Origin: Octopus bimaculoides
Taxonomy: Eukaryota
DNA: 45,026 nucleotides
Direction of reading: 5' to 3'
Assembly: GCF_001194135.2 (NCBI RefSeq)
Contig: NC_068986.1
Coordinates: 107,943,582-107,988,607, forward strand
Shown: positions 21,336 through 33,142 of the stretch, piece after piece
How the letters are laid out: the number at the start of each line of letters is the position of its first letter
How positions within the stretch are numbered: position 1 is the stretch's first letter
Translations under genes and position numbers: made by a program
Notes under the pieces: model-generated
Told to the model about the DNA's origin: nothing
Database searches by the model: none
What the model saw: the letters and a program-made list of their open reading frames with translations, nothing else

Positions 21336-22394
21336 ATGGGGAGTGAGGTGCGTGATTACATTGTTGGGACTTGTCTTACAAAGTGTCCCCACAAGGAAAT
21401 AATATTCAGAGAGAAAGAAAGATTGTTACATCGATTTGAAACTAAGAGAGACAGTGATATTAATGGTGGAATATTACGCGCTGAACGTTCGAAGATGGTG
21501 AAAGAGTATTCAAGAGCCGCTGCAGGGAAAGCCGACCACAAACCTTGCCAACTCAGACCGGCACCAATTTTACAGAAGACCGTAGATTATTTACTGAGCA
21601 GCCTAATTGAAACTGAGCTGAAGTTTGGGTCTTGCTGGCTTGATATTTACGAATATGTGTTCGATCGTTTACGTGCTGTCCGTCAAGATATGATTATACA
21701 AAACATCATCGGATCTCCGGCCGTTGACATTTTGGAGAAAATGGTCCGATTCTTTGTTTACTCAGCTTATCGTCTGTGCGATGAGAAAGCAGGACAGAAG
21801 TTCGATCCTGTCATCAATAATACCCATTTACTGGAATGCTTCAAAAGATTGCTGTCCTTATACGAAGAAGGAACACTGGAATCTTGCCGTAATCGCGTCG
21901 AATTCGAAAGTCTGTATCAAATCATCAACCTCGGACATTCAGAAGCGTTGAACCATTATTATGAACTCGATTCAGAAATTAGGAATAAGGCACCTTTAAA
22001 AATTGCTTATCAAACGAGTATTGCTTATCACTTGAACAATTATATTCGTGTGTTTCGTCAGTTTCAGAGTTTTAGCGATGTGATATCTCGGTGTGCTCTG
22101 CATCAACATTTCCTTCCTGTCAGGAAACAAGCACTTGTTACCATGTCTGTGGCATACAGCAGTAAGCAATGTAGGTATCCTATCCATAAACTAACTCAAA
22201 TATTAAACATCGACAACGATGACTTAACTAAATCTCTCTGTCGACTTCATTCTGTTGACATTCAAGACGATATGGTTATTTTCAAGAAGGGAAACTATAA
22301 ATGTCCCGAACAGAAAACCCTACCAATGCGATGTACATCGTTAGATAAATTAGATGAGAATTTAATCTCCTCGATTTTGATAGGGGAATCTTGA
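21336..22394 (+). CDS. SAC3D1: SAC3 domain-containing protein 1 (SAC3/GANP family), intronless, 352 aa
   Basis: VGTCLTKCP..EKERLLHRFE..VKEYSRAAAG..LRPAPIL..TVDYL..FDRLRAVRQD are SAC3/GANP motifs. Short length with no GANP N- or C-terminal extensions matches SAC3D1. Confidence 0.9.
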   Translation: MGSEVRDYIVGTCLTKCPHKEIIFREKERLLHRFETKRDSDINGGILRAERSKMVKEYSRAAAGKADHKPCQLRPAPILQKTVDYLLSSLIETELKFGSCWLDIYEYVFDRLRAVRQDMIIQNIIGSPAVDILEKMVRFFVYSAYRLCDEKAGQKFDPVINNTHLLECFKRLLSLYEEGTLESCRNRVEFESLYQIINLGHSEALNHYYELDSEIRNKAPLKIAYQTSIAYHLNNYIRVFRQFQSFSDVISRCALHQHFLPVRKQALVTMSVAYSSKQCRYPIHKLTQILNIDNDDLTKSLCRLHSVDIQDDMVIFKKGNYKCPEQKTLPMRCTSLDKLDENLISSILIGES

Positions 22395-22711
22395 ATCTCT
22401 TACAGGAATTGAAGATAAATACTTTGTTTTCTAAATTATATTTTGAAGGAAAGTTTAACATTGTATATTAAAAAAAAAACATTTTTTAAGATAAAAATTT
22501 ACTTTATTCAACATTGTTTCGTAAATTTGAATATTATGTACGTGTGTGTGTGTTTGCTGTGAACATTCTTTGTGCCTTTGTTGTTTTATGTTTTGTTATT
22601 TCTGTTTCTTCACAACATACAATGTATTTACCAGTTTGCATTACTGTTATCTTTATTCTTTCGCAACACAGCAGAACATCATTAGTTTCCTCAGACTCTA
22701 CGTATTACTAT

Positions 22712-23096
22712 GTGGAGGCGCAATGGCCCAGTGCTTTGGGCAGCGGACACGCGGTCATAGGATCGCGGTTTCGATTCCCAAACCGGGCGTTGTGGGTGTT
22801 TATTGAGCGAAAACACCTAAAGCTCCACGAGGCTCCGGCAGGGGATGGTGGCGAACCCTGCTGTACTCTTTCACCACAACTTTCTCTCACTCTTTCTTCC
22901 TGTTTCTGTTGTACCTGTAATTCAAAGGGTCAGCCTTGCCACACTGTATCACACTGAATATCCCCGAGAACTACGTTAAGGGTACACGTGTCTGTGAAGT
23001 GCTCAGCCACTTGCACGTTAATTTCACGAGCAGGCTGTTCCGTTGATCGGATCAACTGGAACCCTCGACGTCGTTTTCGAAGACGTGCCAACAACA
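22712..23096 (+). mobile_element. SINE family A, full length, 318 bp after the SAC3D1 stop
   Basis: 12-bp TSD ACGTATTACTAT at 22700-22711 and 23097-23108. Confidence 0.95.
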
Positions 23097-23429
23097 ACGT
23101 ATTACTATATCAATATGCATACACATATCCATACACATTTATTCTCAGCTTGAAATGAAACCCACAGGGATCGTTCCAGCTGCTGGCAGGGACCAGTTTT
23201 ATTGTTATCTGGCATTTGGTCAGGTTCTGCTCACTTCAACTTCCCAAACTACCAAACTTCTTACTCTTAGAGTTCTCTCCCCTGCTCTCATCACAAATGA
23301 CTTTTCCACATCGCATTCTTTCAACATAATGTTTTCCTGTTGGTATAAATAGTATGTGAATTAACTTAGCCACAAACTATATACATAATCCTTGTCCACC
23401 AATATTATCCAAATGATATCGGTATTATG

Positions 23430-23800
23430 TTTACAATTCACCCAAGACTTGGCCCCTGTGCAATGCATCCCCTTACAAAAGTCAAGATCACATCACAACA
23501 TTGCGACACAATTTCTTCACTGCAAATGGTCCTGCACTTTTCAATGTTATCCCGAAAGAAATTAAAGTAGAAAAAGAAAACCCCACAACTTCCAAACGGT
23601 ACCTGGACAACTTCCTCCAGGAAATACCGGATAAATCACCTACACCTGGATACGTCTCAACCAACAACAGCTCTGTTTAAGTGGTCTATGGTGTCCCGAA
23701 ATAATTAACTAATTGACTTTTTCCAGGTGGTGCTATTGAGTTTGTCATGGCCTGGGCTGATAATGGCCGAAACCTATCTAAGTTATCTATACCGAATGAA
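23430..23800 (+). mobile_element. CR1-clade LINE 3' end remnant
   Basis: NFFTANGPALFNVIPKEIK..SKRYLDNFLQEIPDKSPTPGY is a typical CR1 ORF2 C-terminus, followed by a short 3' UTR. Confidence 0.7.
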
Positions 23801-23894
23801 TATAGAACAAACAATAAGTGAATTAACTGAGCCACATACTATTGTAGTGGTGGCAAAATTGTTAAGATATGTATGTATATTTTTAAACTTTCAA

Positions 23895-24560
23895 GCGCCA
23901 TAACTCACACACACCACACTGCTGGCATGCATTGGACGGTTTGACAGTAGCTGACAAAGACAGGAGCCACACCAGGTTCCATTGTCAGTTTTGGCATGGT
24001 CTCTACAGCTGGATGCTCTACCTAACGCCAACCACTTTACAGAGTGTACTGGGTGCTTTTTATGTGCCACCAACACAGGAGCCAGTCAGGTGGGCCTGGC
24101 ATCGATCACGCTCAGATAGTGCTTTTTACATATCACTGGCATGGGAGCCAGTCAGGGGTTACTGGCATCAGCCACGTTCAGATAGTGCTATTTGCGTGCC
24201 ACCAGCACAAGAGCCTGTCAGTGGGTACTGGCTTCGGCGACGTTTGGATAGTGCTTTTTATGTGCCACTGGCATGGGGGCCAGTCAAGGGGTACTGGCAT
24301 CAACCATGTACATATGGTGCTTTTTATGTGCCACCACCACAGGAGCTAGTCAAGTGGACCTGGCATCGACCACTTTCAGATGATACCTTTTACATGCCAC
24401 CAGCATGGGAGCCAATCAGGGGACACTGGCCACATCTACGATATTGGTTTTACTTGACTCAACAGATCTTCTCAAGCATATCATATCTCACGACACATCA
24501 GAGCTACTCTTAACTGGGCTGGACGTACGTGACTACGATCTCACTTTGGTTGCCAAGTCT
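23895..24560 (-). mobile_element. RTE 3' UTR (family E) with six 66-bp subunits
   Basis: Same terminal module plus a six-unit array at about 24050-24440. Confidence 0.85.
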
Positions 24561-24664
24561 TATTGTTGGTCTTAAATTTCATTGCATCCACTTCTACATG
24601 CAACTCTTATTGTTGGTCTTGAACCGCATCATATTCACATATTATTGTAAAATGAGATCACAGT

Positions 24665-25200
24665 AACATCATCATCATCATCATCATTGTTTAACGTCCG
24701 CTTTCCATGCTAGCATGGGTTGAACGATTTGACTGAGGACTGGTGAACCAGATGGCTACACCAGGCTCCAATCTGATCTGGCAGAGTTTCTACAGCTGGA
24801 TGCCCTTCCTAACGCCAACCACTCTGAGAGTGTAGTGGGTGCTTTTACATGCCACCGGCACGAAGGCCAGTCAGGCGGTACTGGCAATGGTCATGCTCAA
24901 AATGGTGTATTTTACGTGCCACTTGCACAGAAGCCAGTCCAGCGGCACTGGCAATGATCTCGCTCAAATGTCTTTACACGTGCCAGGAAGGCGACGCTGG
25001 GCACAGGTGCCATCACGATTTCGCTTTCGCTTGCCCCCAACAGGTCTTCACAAGCCGAGTTTAGTGTCCAATGAAGGAGATGACGTTGGCATGGGTGCCA
25101 GTCATCGAATTTAGTTCAATTTTGATTTCACAGGTCTTCACAAACGGAGTTTAGTGTCCATGATGGAAGGTACGCATAAGTGGGCTGGCTACACCCCTGG
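24665..25200 (-). mobile_element. RTE 3' UTR (family E), second subfamily
   Basis: (CAT)n terminus. Body nearly collinear with 37091-37541 and 38160-38635. Confidence 0.88.
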
Positions 25201-26054
25201 CAGAGGCCTTGCTCGGAAATTTGAAAGGTAAAGTTGCAATCAATGTGATTTAGTTATAATATTGTCTTCTTTGTTTTAGCCAAGAGAGAGTACAATTACT
25301 GGTATTAAAAAGTTTGGGCTTTGTAAAACCAGATATAAAAAAAGGTGAGTGGGAGAGGCATGAAGAACAAAATTATGCAAATTTCTGAAATGAAACTTCC
25401 CAATGGAATGGAGGGAACCAATCAATAGTCAGTCAAGGAATTCCACTGATCAAAGCCCATGCTAATATTCAAGAGTAAGTGCTCAGTTCCAGCCATGTTC
25501 TCTGGGTAACAGGCACATGTTGAGAGGAAGGACATTTTTATCTCCTTCACCTACTTTTGAGAAAGTTCACTAGAGGATATTGTATCTCTCTTACACTCCC
25601 TCCAACCCTCTCTCTCTCTCTCCACTCTTTCAAGTTCCACTTAAGAGGAATGTAACTTGAAGAGGAAGGTAACTGCCTTCATTCCTCCAAACAAGTTCCA
25701 CCATATAATCACTTTTGCCATGGCCACCAGATAAAGGTAAATTTCCTGCTCTATTGAATGAAAGGAAAGTGGTGAGGTGATGCACAAAATGGAATTGATC
25801 CATCCAACATGTCACAACAGTCTTTGACATAATTCCACAAATCAGAAATGCTTGGATACTGGAATAAGTACATACATAAGAGTTTTGTCATCATGTCTGC
25901 ATCTGAAACAGGCCTGAAAGATAGCACTGCTGTGTCTTTACAATCTATTCCAAACCGGCAATACCATAGATTTCTGGAAGTTGCCCATGGCACACAGGCT
26001 GAAAGTTTTCCACAATAGGATGTTCAGTTGATCTTTAGTGATGCTTAGATTCTC

Positions 26055-26245
26055 CCCAGGTGAAATGCTTAGCAGTATTTCATCTGTTTTTACGTTCTGA
26101 GTTCAAATTCCGCCAAGGTCGACTTTACCTTTCATCCTTTCGGGTTCGATAAATTAAGTACCAGTTGCGTACTGGGGTCGATCTAATCGAATCCACCCCC
26201 CAAAAAAAAAAGATTTTAGGCTTTGTGCCTAGAGTAGAAAAGAAT
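26055..26245 (+). mobile_element. SINE family F
   Basis: GAGTTCAAATTCCGCCAAGGTCGACTTTACCTTTCATCCTTTCGG core. Confidence 0.8.
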
Positions 26246-26447
26246 ATTGTTGCTCATACCTGTCATTAACTCTCTAGAGAAAGCAAGGGTTGCTGTGCCA
26301 CTGGTTGCATTGCCCAACTAGTAGAAAACTGAATGTCTTTGCTTGACTTGGGATGCAACTCAACCAGACAAATAAGGTGCAACAAATGACAATTATGCTC
26401 TCTCACCCAGGAATTTCTGCTTTTGTTGCAGCCTTAGTGTATGCTTC

Positions 26448-26660
26448 TGTGGAGGCGCAATGGCCCAGTGGTTAGGGCAGCGGACTCGCAGTCATAGGAT
26501 CACGGTTTCGATTCCCAGACCGGGTGTTGTGAGTGTTTATTGAACGAAAACACCTAAAGCTCCATGAGCCTCCAGCAGGGGATGGTGGTGAACCCTGCTG
26601 TACTCTTCCACCACAACTTTCTCTCGCTCTTACTTTCTGTTTTTGTTGTGCCTGTAATTG
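26448..26660 (+). mobile_element. SINE family A, 3'-truncated
   Basis: Head and first 210 bp of family A. Confidence 0.88.
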
Positions 26661-27563
26661 GGGTCGATTCTAGAAGCAGCAGAAAATCGGTCACACTGGT
26701 ACAAAGCCACATTCACAAGAACATGAAATAACCAAAGAAGAAGAACATTCAGGGATGACAGCAGGTTTTCTGAGATGTAGACAGACACAAAAGGGACCCC
26801 ACCTCTTTTTCTGAAAACAAAACAACCTCGATCCCAGATACAAATTGGAAGTGACTCATTTCCAACAAGTTGTGAAAACTAATACTAAATAGTAACAAGG
26901 TAGAGTTATCGTTGGAAATAACAGTTAATATAACCAACTTACTCCCTTCCCTGAAATTGCTGGCTTTGTGCCATAATTTGAAACCAATATTATTAGCATT
27001 TGTGTCAGCAATATAATTTGCCATGGTGTTGGTGGAGGCATTGTTGATACTATCATTGTTGGTGTTTCTATTGAAGGCTCTGAAATTGTTATCATTCCAT
27101 TTCCTCTTCAACATATCTGGTGCGGTGTTGATGGAGTTACTTAATGACAGAATTGGTGAGTATAACTGCCATCATCATGGGTTGTTGCTATTGTTTGAGA
27201 AACACAATCACACACTTTCCTCATGAGACACTGATTTTCAGTTAACATTTTCATTTTTTAAGTGTGATAGTCTGTCACTAGCATAACCTGGGGCAGCCCT
27301 TCTGTTTACCACCCCCAGACCCAACAAAAGGCACATATTGCCTACAGCAGACCCAAAAGTACTGCTCAGGGTGAACCACCCCTACTTCCCCCAACTAGCT
27401 ACACTAGTGTGGTCAGTCTAGACTGTTCACAATGTTATGTGGATTGCATGTGTAGACAATGACTACACTAAAGTTTGATTGAGTTTTCAACTATCTTATT
27501 AACCTGCATTGTTGTATGTACAGTTAATGGAACAGCATTCAATGAGCACGACTGTTAGGAATC

Positions 27564-28366
27564 ATCATCATCATCGTTTAACGTCCGCTTTCCATGCTAG
27601 CATGGGTTGGACGATTTGACTGAGGACTGGTGAAACTGGATGGCAACACCAGGCTCCAGTCTAATTTGGCAGAGTTTCTACAGCTGGATGCCCTTTCTAA
27701 CGCCAACCACTCAGAGAGTGTAGTGGGTGCTTTTACGTGTCACCCGCACGAAAACGGCCACGCTCGAAATGGTGTCTTTTATGTGCCACCCGCACAAGCC
27801 NNNNNNNNNNNNNNNNNNNNNNNNNNNNNNNNNNNNNNNNNNNNNNNNNNNNNNNNNNNNNNNNNNNNNNNNNNNNNNNNNNNNNNNNNNNNNNNNNNNN
27901 NNNNNNNNNNNNNNNNNNNNNNNNNNNNNNNNNNNNNNNNNNNNNNNNNNNNNNNNNNNNNNNNNNNNNNNNNNNNNNNNNNNNNNNNNNNNNNNNNNNN
28001 NNNNNNNNNNNNNNNNNNNNNNNNNNNNNNNNNNNNNNNNNNNNNNTCTTCCTGGGCCTACCTCTTCCACGGGTTCCCTCAACTGTTAGGGTGTGGCACT
28101 TTTTCACGCAGCTATCCTCATCCATTCTCACCACATGTCCATACCAGCGCAATCGTCTCTCTTGCACACCACAACTGATGCTTCTAATGTTCAGCTTTTC
28201 TCTCAAGATACTTACACTCTGACGGGTATTCACATTGACATTACACATCCAACGGAGCATACTGGCTTCATTCCTTGCGAGCTTACGTATGTCCTCAGCA
28301 GTTACAGCCCATGTTTCACTGCCATGTAGCATGGCTGTTCGTACGCATGCGTCATACAGTCTGCAT
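27564..28366 (-). mobile_element. 5'-truncated RTE LINE (ORF2 C-terminus and 3' UTR) spanning a gap
   Basis: MLHGSETWAVTAEDIRKLARNEASMLRWMC..QERRLRWYGHVVRMDEDSCVKKCHTLTVEGTRGRGRPRK, with (CAT)n terminus at 27564. Confidence 0.92.
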
Positions 28367-30071
28367 CTTCAATATATAACTTACTGGATAATATTATGAA
28401 AGTATTGCAAGGAATATAAAGTGCTGCATATAATTAATGTGCATTGCTTGACATTACAAGTTAAGATTGGTATTTTTTGTTAAGTATGACATAATCTTGT
28501 TAAACAAGGAAAGGGTAAGAGAGAACAGCTCCCTGAGACAACTAATGGCTTGTAACTCTCTAGCCTGTGGTCCTGTTTTAAATAGGTGAAAGACTACCAT
28601 ATAGGGTCAGGGATAGCACTACCTAAAGTTGAATTCACTTGCCTATTTATTACTGTCAGCCCAAAAGTTCTAGAATCTTCATCCAAACTGTTTGGTGGGA
28701 AAACTTGCATGCTTCTTTTGAGGTTTGCCACCTTAGCTATAATAAATCAGTTAATACTGATTTGTCAAGTCATATTATTATACAAGCATTAATACTTTTA
28801 TGGCAACATTTTTCCTTTTATGGAGATACATTAGTCAATGATTGCAGATTGGGTAAGTCTGACAGCTATAGTTCAAATTTTCACTGGGGTCTTACGACAC
28901 TTTTGCTTGACTAATTTCCTCTTGAAGCAGAGCTAGAGAAAAATGAATATTTGTTTAAATGAGTAATTTCAAAAATTGTAAAATGAAGATGCTGTTCCAA
29001 TAGGATCCAGAAGAATTAGTTGACCAGTATACCATGCCGCTTGTTAGTTCTGCCACAATACAAAGTGCATTTGACAGAAAAATAAATGCACTCAATGAGC
29101 AGTATTGATAACAAGTATATAAATTCCATGGAGTAATAAATATTTTTCAGTAATATGATTGAGAAGACCCGTCAAGCCAACCAGTTGTGACTGATGCTGG
29201 TGTCACATAATTGGCACCCGTACCGGTAGCGTGTTAAAAGCACTTTTTGAGTGTTGGGCCTCAAGTTAAGATCGGTATTCTCTCCACTGTAACAGAGCTT
29301 CATCCATCTCCCTGTTGGAACCAGTCCATGTTGGAAAGGAGAGGACGTTGCCTACCAAAGAGGAACAAGCATGTATTCAAGAAAGAAAACAGAGGAGCGT
29401 AACGAACCCCAATTTCAGCAGCATGTACTCAGGAAAAAAAAAAATTTTTAGTGCAGTAAACCCCATATTTAAAGAAACTTCGTATGTCGGATCCGGAGTG
29501 ATTTTTCAAGAGTTTTTTTTGTTTGTTTTTTAAGTGTCGTATATGCCTTCAAATACGATAATTTGAACCTGCAACAATGAAAGATCAAAATCCAGTCGTT
29601 CGTCTCGATTCACCTGACACATACGTTACTACGTGTGAAAAGAATTAAATTGTGAATGTTCTGAGTCCCACACGACCTACGTATCCTCTCCAACTCCACC
29701 AAATCTATATCCCATCTTATATTTATTTCTCTAGTGTCCACGTTTTAGAAAGCAATGCGCGTATGTTGAGTAGAGAAAGAAGTGGTACAAGTGTCAGATA
29801 AGCTAAAGACGTCACTAATTTTAACCTAACATAATTCTACGTCTAAATACTGTGACGATTTTCTTGTCCCTTCATCCTTTCATGACCCTTAGATTAAATA
29901 TTAGTAATTTGAGATCTCTTTGTAAAAATAAATTAACCTTGTGTGGTATGATACCTCCATAAATCAAACAACAACGAAATGTATTCATTTAAAGGTCTTT
30001 TGTCACATTGGTCTACAATCTCCTGCTGCACATAATTATAACTCAATTAGAATCGGCATCCGTCTTTCAAC

Positions 30072-30081
30072 ATGGCTGGAG
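30072..30081 (+). CDS. C19orf47: C19orf47 orthologue, inferred coding exon 1 (ATG GCT GGA G|GTAAAA)
   Basis: TTTCAAC-ATGGC context (YY1-like) and a phase-1 donor that restores the frame of the 33143 acceptor, giving [11 protein letters not shown]. Confidence 0.6.
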
Positions 30082-30770
30082 GTAAAATTATCAACTTTCT
30101 CTAATTTTCCACATTTTCCCAGCTTATAAACCACCCAAATGGCTCTTTATTTCTCACACTTATTTACCCTACTAATATCTCCAAATCTCCACGTTGTTAT
30201 GTTTCGATTGAATTTCGTATTTGCCCAAAAGTCAGCTTTTTTTCATTCACCTTTCTCAAATGTTTTTATTCATAGCTTAAAATATTTATTTCTCATCCAA
30301 CTATTTTTTATTTATAATTAGCTTTAATTATTTAATTTATAATGGTGTGGAAGGTTTATCTTCATTATACTTTAGAAACCGTAAATAACATTCTAAAAAT
30401 ATACATTATTATTCTTAATTTTAATTATACTGCAAGATTTCGTTATATTTGTCTCCTTCTACGTTCATATTTCTCATAAAGTCGCCTCTGCTTCGTTCAT
30501 CCTTCTGGGTTTAATAAATATTTACTGAAGTCGATTGAATTAATTGTTCCCTAATCTCACATTTATTGCCTTCTGTCTGTGTTAGAAACGATTTTTTACT
30601 AAAAACAACTCCAAGCATAAGTAAGAAAGGAAAATAACAATAACATTAAAATGTCAACAACAAACAGCCAGAGATATTTTAGCTTCATAAAGACGAGAGC
30701 CTCCCTACTGCTATATATATATATATATATATATATACTTTATTTAAAAGCAGCAGAAATATAACAAAAG

Positions 30771-30810
30771 ACTGTTACTCGGAGTTTCACGTTCTCGTTC
30801 ATCGGACAGT
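30771..30810 (-). ncRNA. Minimal type I hammerhead-like motif with CCGAUGA core
   Basis: ACTGT-CCGATGA-ACG-AGAA-CGT-GAAA-CTCCGAG-TA-ACAGT. Perfect 5-bp stem I, 3-bp stem II, near-palindromic ACTC(C)GAGT stem III, GUA triplet. Sits in an 82-bp insert between two (TA)n tracts. Confidence 0.65.
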
Positions 30811-30899
30811 TTTGTTAGAATATATATATATATTTCTTTGAGTGTTCCAACCCAAAGGTTGTGGCCTTGCTGGGGCATTACCATTTCATCACTTTTTTC

Positions 30900-31035
30900 A
30901 ATGGCCATTTTCAAATAGTTGGCTTTTTTTTTAGTGAATAAGCCAGTTTGATATTGTTGCATTGATATAGGTTTATCTTGGATCTTGGACAGCAGAAGAT
31001 CCAGGTGCTTCTTGAAAACATTTACCCCCAACTGC
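30900..31035 (-). mobile_element. CR1-like LINE ORF2 C-terminal remnant
   Basis: VNVFKKHLDLLLSKIQDKP resembles the FKxxLDxFLxxIPDxP end of CR1 ORF2. Confidence 0.5.
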
Positions 31036-31305
31036 ACGTAGATAGATAAATATAGTTCCGATTCGGCACAAGACAAATGTTATTATTTAACTCTAAATCA
31101 GTTCTGAATGAGCAAACCTATATTCAAAAGCACTCCAGTCGTAACCATCCCATTTTTATTTTTAGTCATTGTGTACCCCAGAACTACATTAAAGAATATG
31201 ATGTGGGTTTTTTTAAAAGATATTAGTGTGTGATTTGACGACGAATTCGCTGCTATTTCTAACAGGTCGGTGACCGATCCTTCCCATTATGGCTTTTTGA
31301 GCAGT

Positions 31306-31600
31306 AAATACAAACAGAAACCAGAATAACAGAATAAAATACAAACACGAACATCATTAGATATTCTTAAGGAATAAAGAATAATACTTGTATATTAAAT
31401 AATCTGTTTCATACAAACATCCGAGGTTAGATTAAACAAAAATAACCATGTTAAATATACATTATATAAATTACATATATTTATACTTAAATAATAATAC
31501 TGTAAGCATGATTGACTCTACGTGTTTGGATTCTTGTTTGTTTAGAAAATATAACAATATTCGTGTTTGTATTCTGTTATTCTGATTTCTGTTTGTATTT
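31306..31600. repeat. AT-rich foldback/MITE-like element with about 45-bp imperfect inverted ends
   Basis: AAATACAAACAGAAACCAGAATAACAGAATAAAATACAAACACGAA on the left pairs with TTCGTGTTTGTATTCTGTTATTCTGATTTCTGTTTGTATTT on the right. No clean TSD. Confidence 0.6.
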
Positions 31601-32546
31601 TCTTTTGAGTTGACTTACGGCGTTATTAGGCAGGCGGGTCGCCCGGTCGAGCGACCACTTTATTTAAAGGGTTTTCTCGTTTGACTTGAAGACAAATATT
31701 TTACAGAGGACAGAAAGAGAGAGAGAGAGAGAGAGAAAAAAACGATCTTCAATATAAATCGCTTTAATCTATCTATATTGGTAAATTTATCGACCCCCCC
31801 AGGTATGAAAACCAAAATTGATCCAGGTGAGATAAGCTTGAATTCAGAACATAAAGGGATGGAGTTTAATCTTGTAAAACTCGTGATTTCTATATCTCTT
31901 CTACTCCTTTCTCTTGTCAATTGTATTTTAACTGCATTCTGTCTGTTTTAAAGTATATAAAATTTATCCAGATTTTTTTTTCATATATTTAGATTTTTTA
32001 CTTTATTTCAAAAAATGATTAATATNNNNNNNNNNNNNNNNNNNNNNNNNNNNNNNNNNNNNNNNNNNNNNNNNNNNNNNNNNNNNNNNNNNNNNNNNNN
32101 NNNNNNNNNNNNNNNNNNNNNNNNNNNNNNNNNNNNNNNNNNNNNNNNNNNNNNNNNNNNNNNNNNNNNNNNNNNNNNNNNNNNNNNNNNNNNNNNNNNN
32201 NNNNNNNNNNNNNNNNNNNNNNNNNNNNNNNNNNNNNNNNNNNNNNNNNNNNNNNNNNNNNNNNNNNNNNNNNNNNNNNNNNNNNNNNNNNNNNNNNNNN
32301 NNNNNNNNNNNNNNNNNNNNNNNNNNNNNNNNNNNNNNNNNNNNNNNNNNNNNNNNNNNNNNNNNNNNNNNNNNNNNNNNNNNNNNNNNNNNNNNNNNNN
32401 NNNNNNNNNNNNNNNNNNNNNNNNNNNNNNNNNNNNNNNNNNNNNNNNNNNNNNNNNNNNNNNGTCAGGCCTGTTGCAACAAACTTTATACTTGAATGTA
32501 TTCCAGCCATGACCATTTATCTTTGTTCCAAGTGTATGACTATATT

Positions 32547-32935
32547 GTGGAGGCGCAATGGCCCAGTGGTTAGGGCAGCAGACTCGCGGTCATAGGATTG
32601 CGGTTTCGATTCCCAGATCGGGCGTTGTGAGTGTTTATTGAACGAAAACACCTAAAAGCTCCACGAGGCTCCGGCAGGGGATGGTGGCGAACCCTGCTGT
32701 ACTCTTTCACCACAACTTTCTTTCATTCTTACCTCCTGTGTCTGTTGTGCCTGTATTTCAAAGGGTCAGCCTTGTCACACTGTGTCACACTGAATATCCC
32801 CGAGAACTACGTTAAGGGTACACGTGTTTGTGGAGTGCTCAGCTCACATGCACGTTAATTTCTTGAGCAGGCTGTTCCGTTGATCGGATCAACTGGAACC
32901 CTCGACGTCGTAAGCGACGGAGTGCCAACAGCAAC
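32547..32935 (+). mobile_element. SINE family A, full length
   Basis: 11-bp TSD ATGACTATATT at 32536-32546 and 32936-32946. Confidence 0.95.
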
Positions 32936-33142
32936 ATGACTATATTATAGTGAATAGTCATCCTGTTTTACTTTTGTTAAGGTTTCATGTGAACGAGATT
33001 TGGCAAGCAACCACAAAGGGTTTCCTTTATTCATTTGACGTTTTAGCTTTTTTGTTTCTTGTTTTTTTCCCCCTATGTAAAATATTTCTGTAGGATGGAT
33101 ATTTCTAAAACTCAGTTGCTGTATTTGATTTTGTTTGTTCAG

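Noticed and set aside
23745-23775. GGCC..GGCC-GAAAC as a hammerhead
   Set aside because: No CUGANGA before the stem. Better explained as the CR1 3' terminal stem-loop.
23932-24513. 193-aa ORF with 22-aa periodicity (similar at 18782-19162)
   Set aside because: Antisense or sense reading of 66-bp RTE 3' UTR modules. No consistent frame across copies.
25380-27460. Possible highly decayed L1/Tx1-like LINE on the minus strand (..IYLYLVAMAKVIIWW..)
   Set aside because: Only short, weak peptide resemblance. Boundaries and identity are not supportable without a search.
499-32935. tRNA-like A/B boxes as tRNA genes
   Set aside because: All are SINE heads followed by family bodies and TSDs, with no complete cloverleaf.
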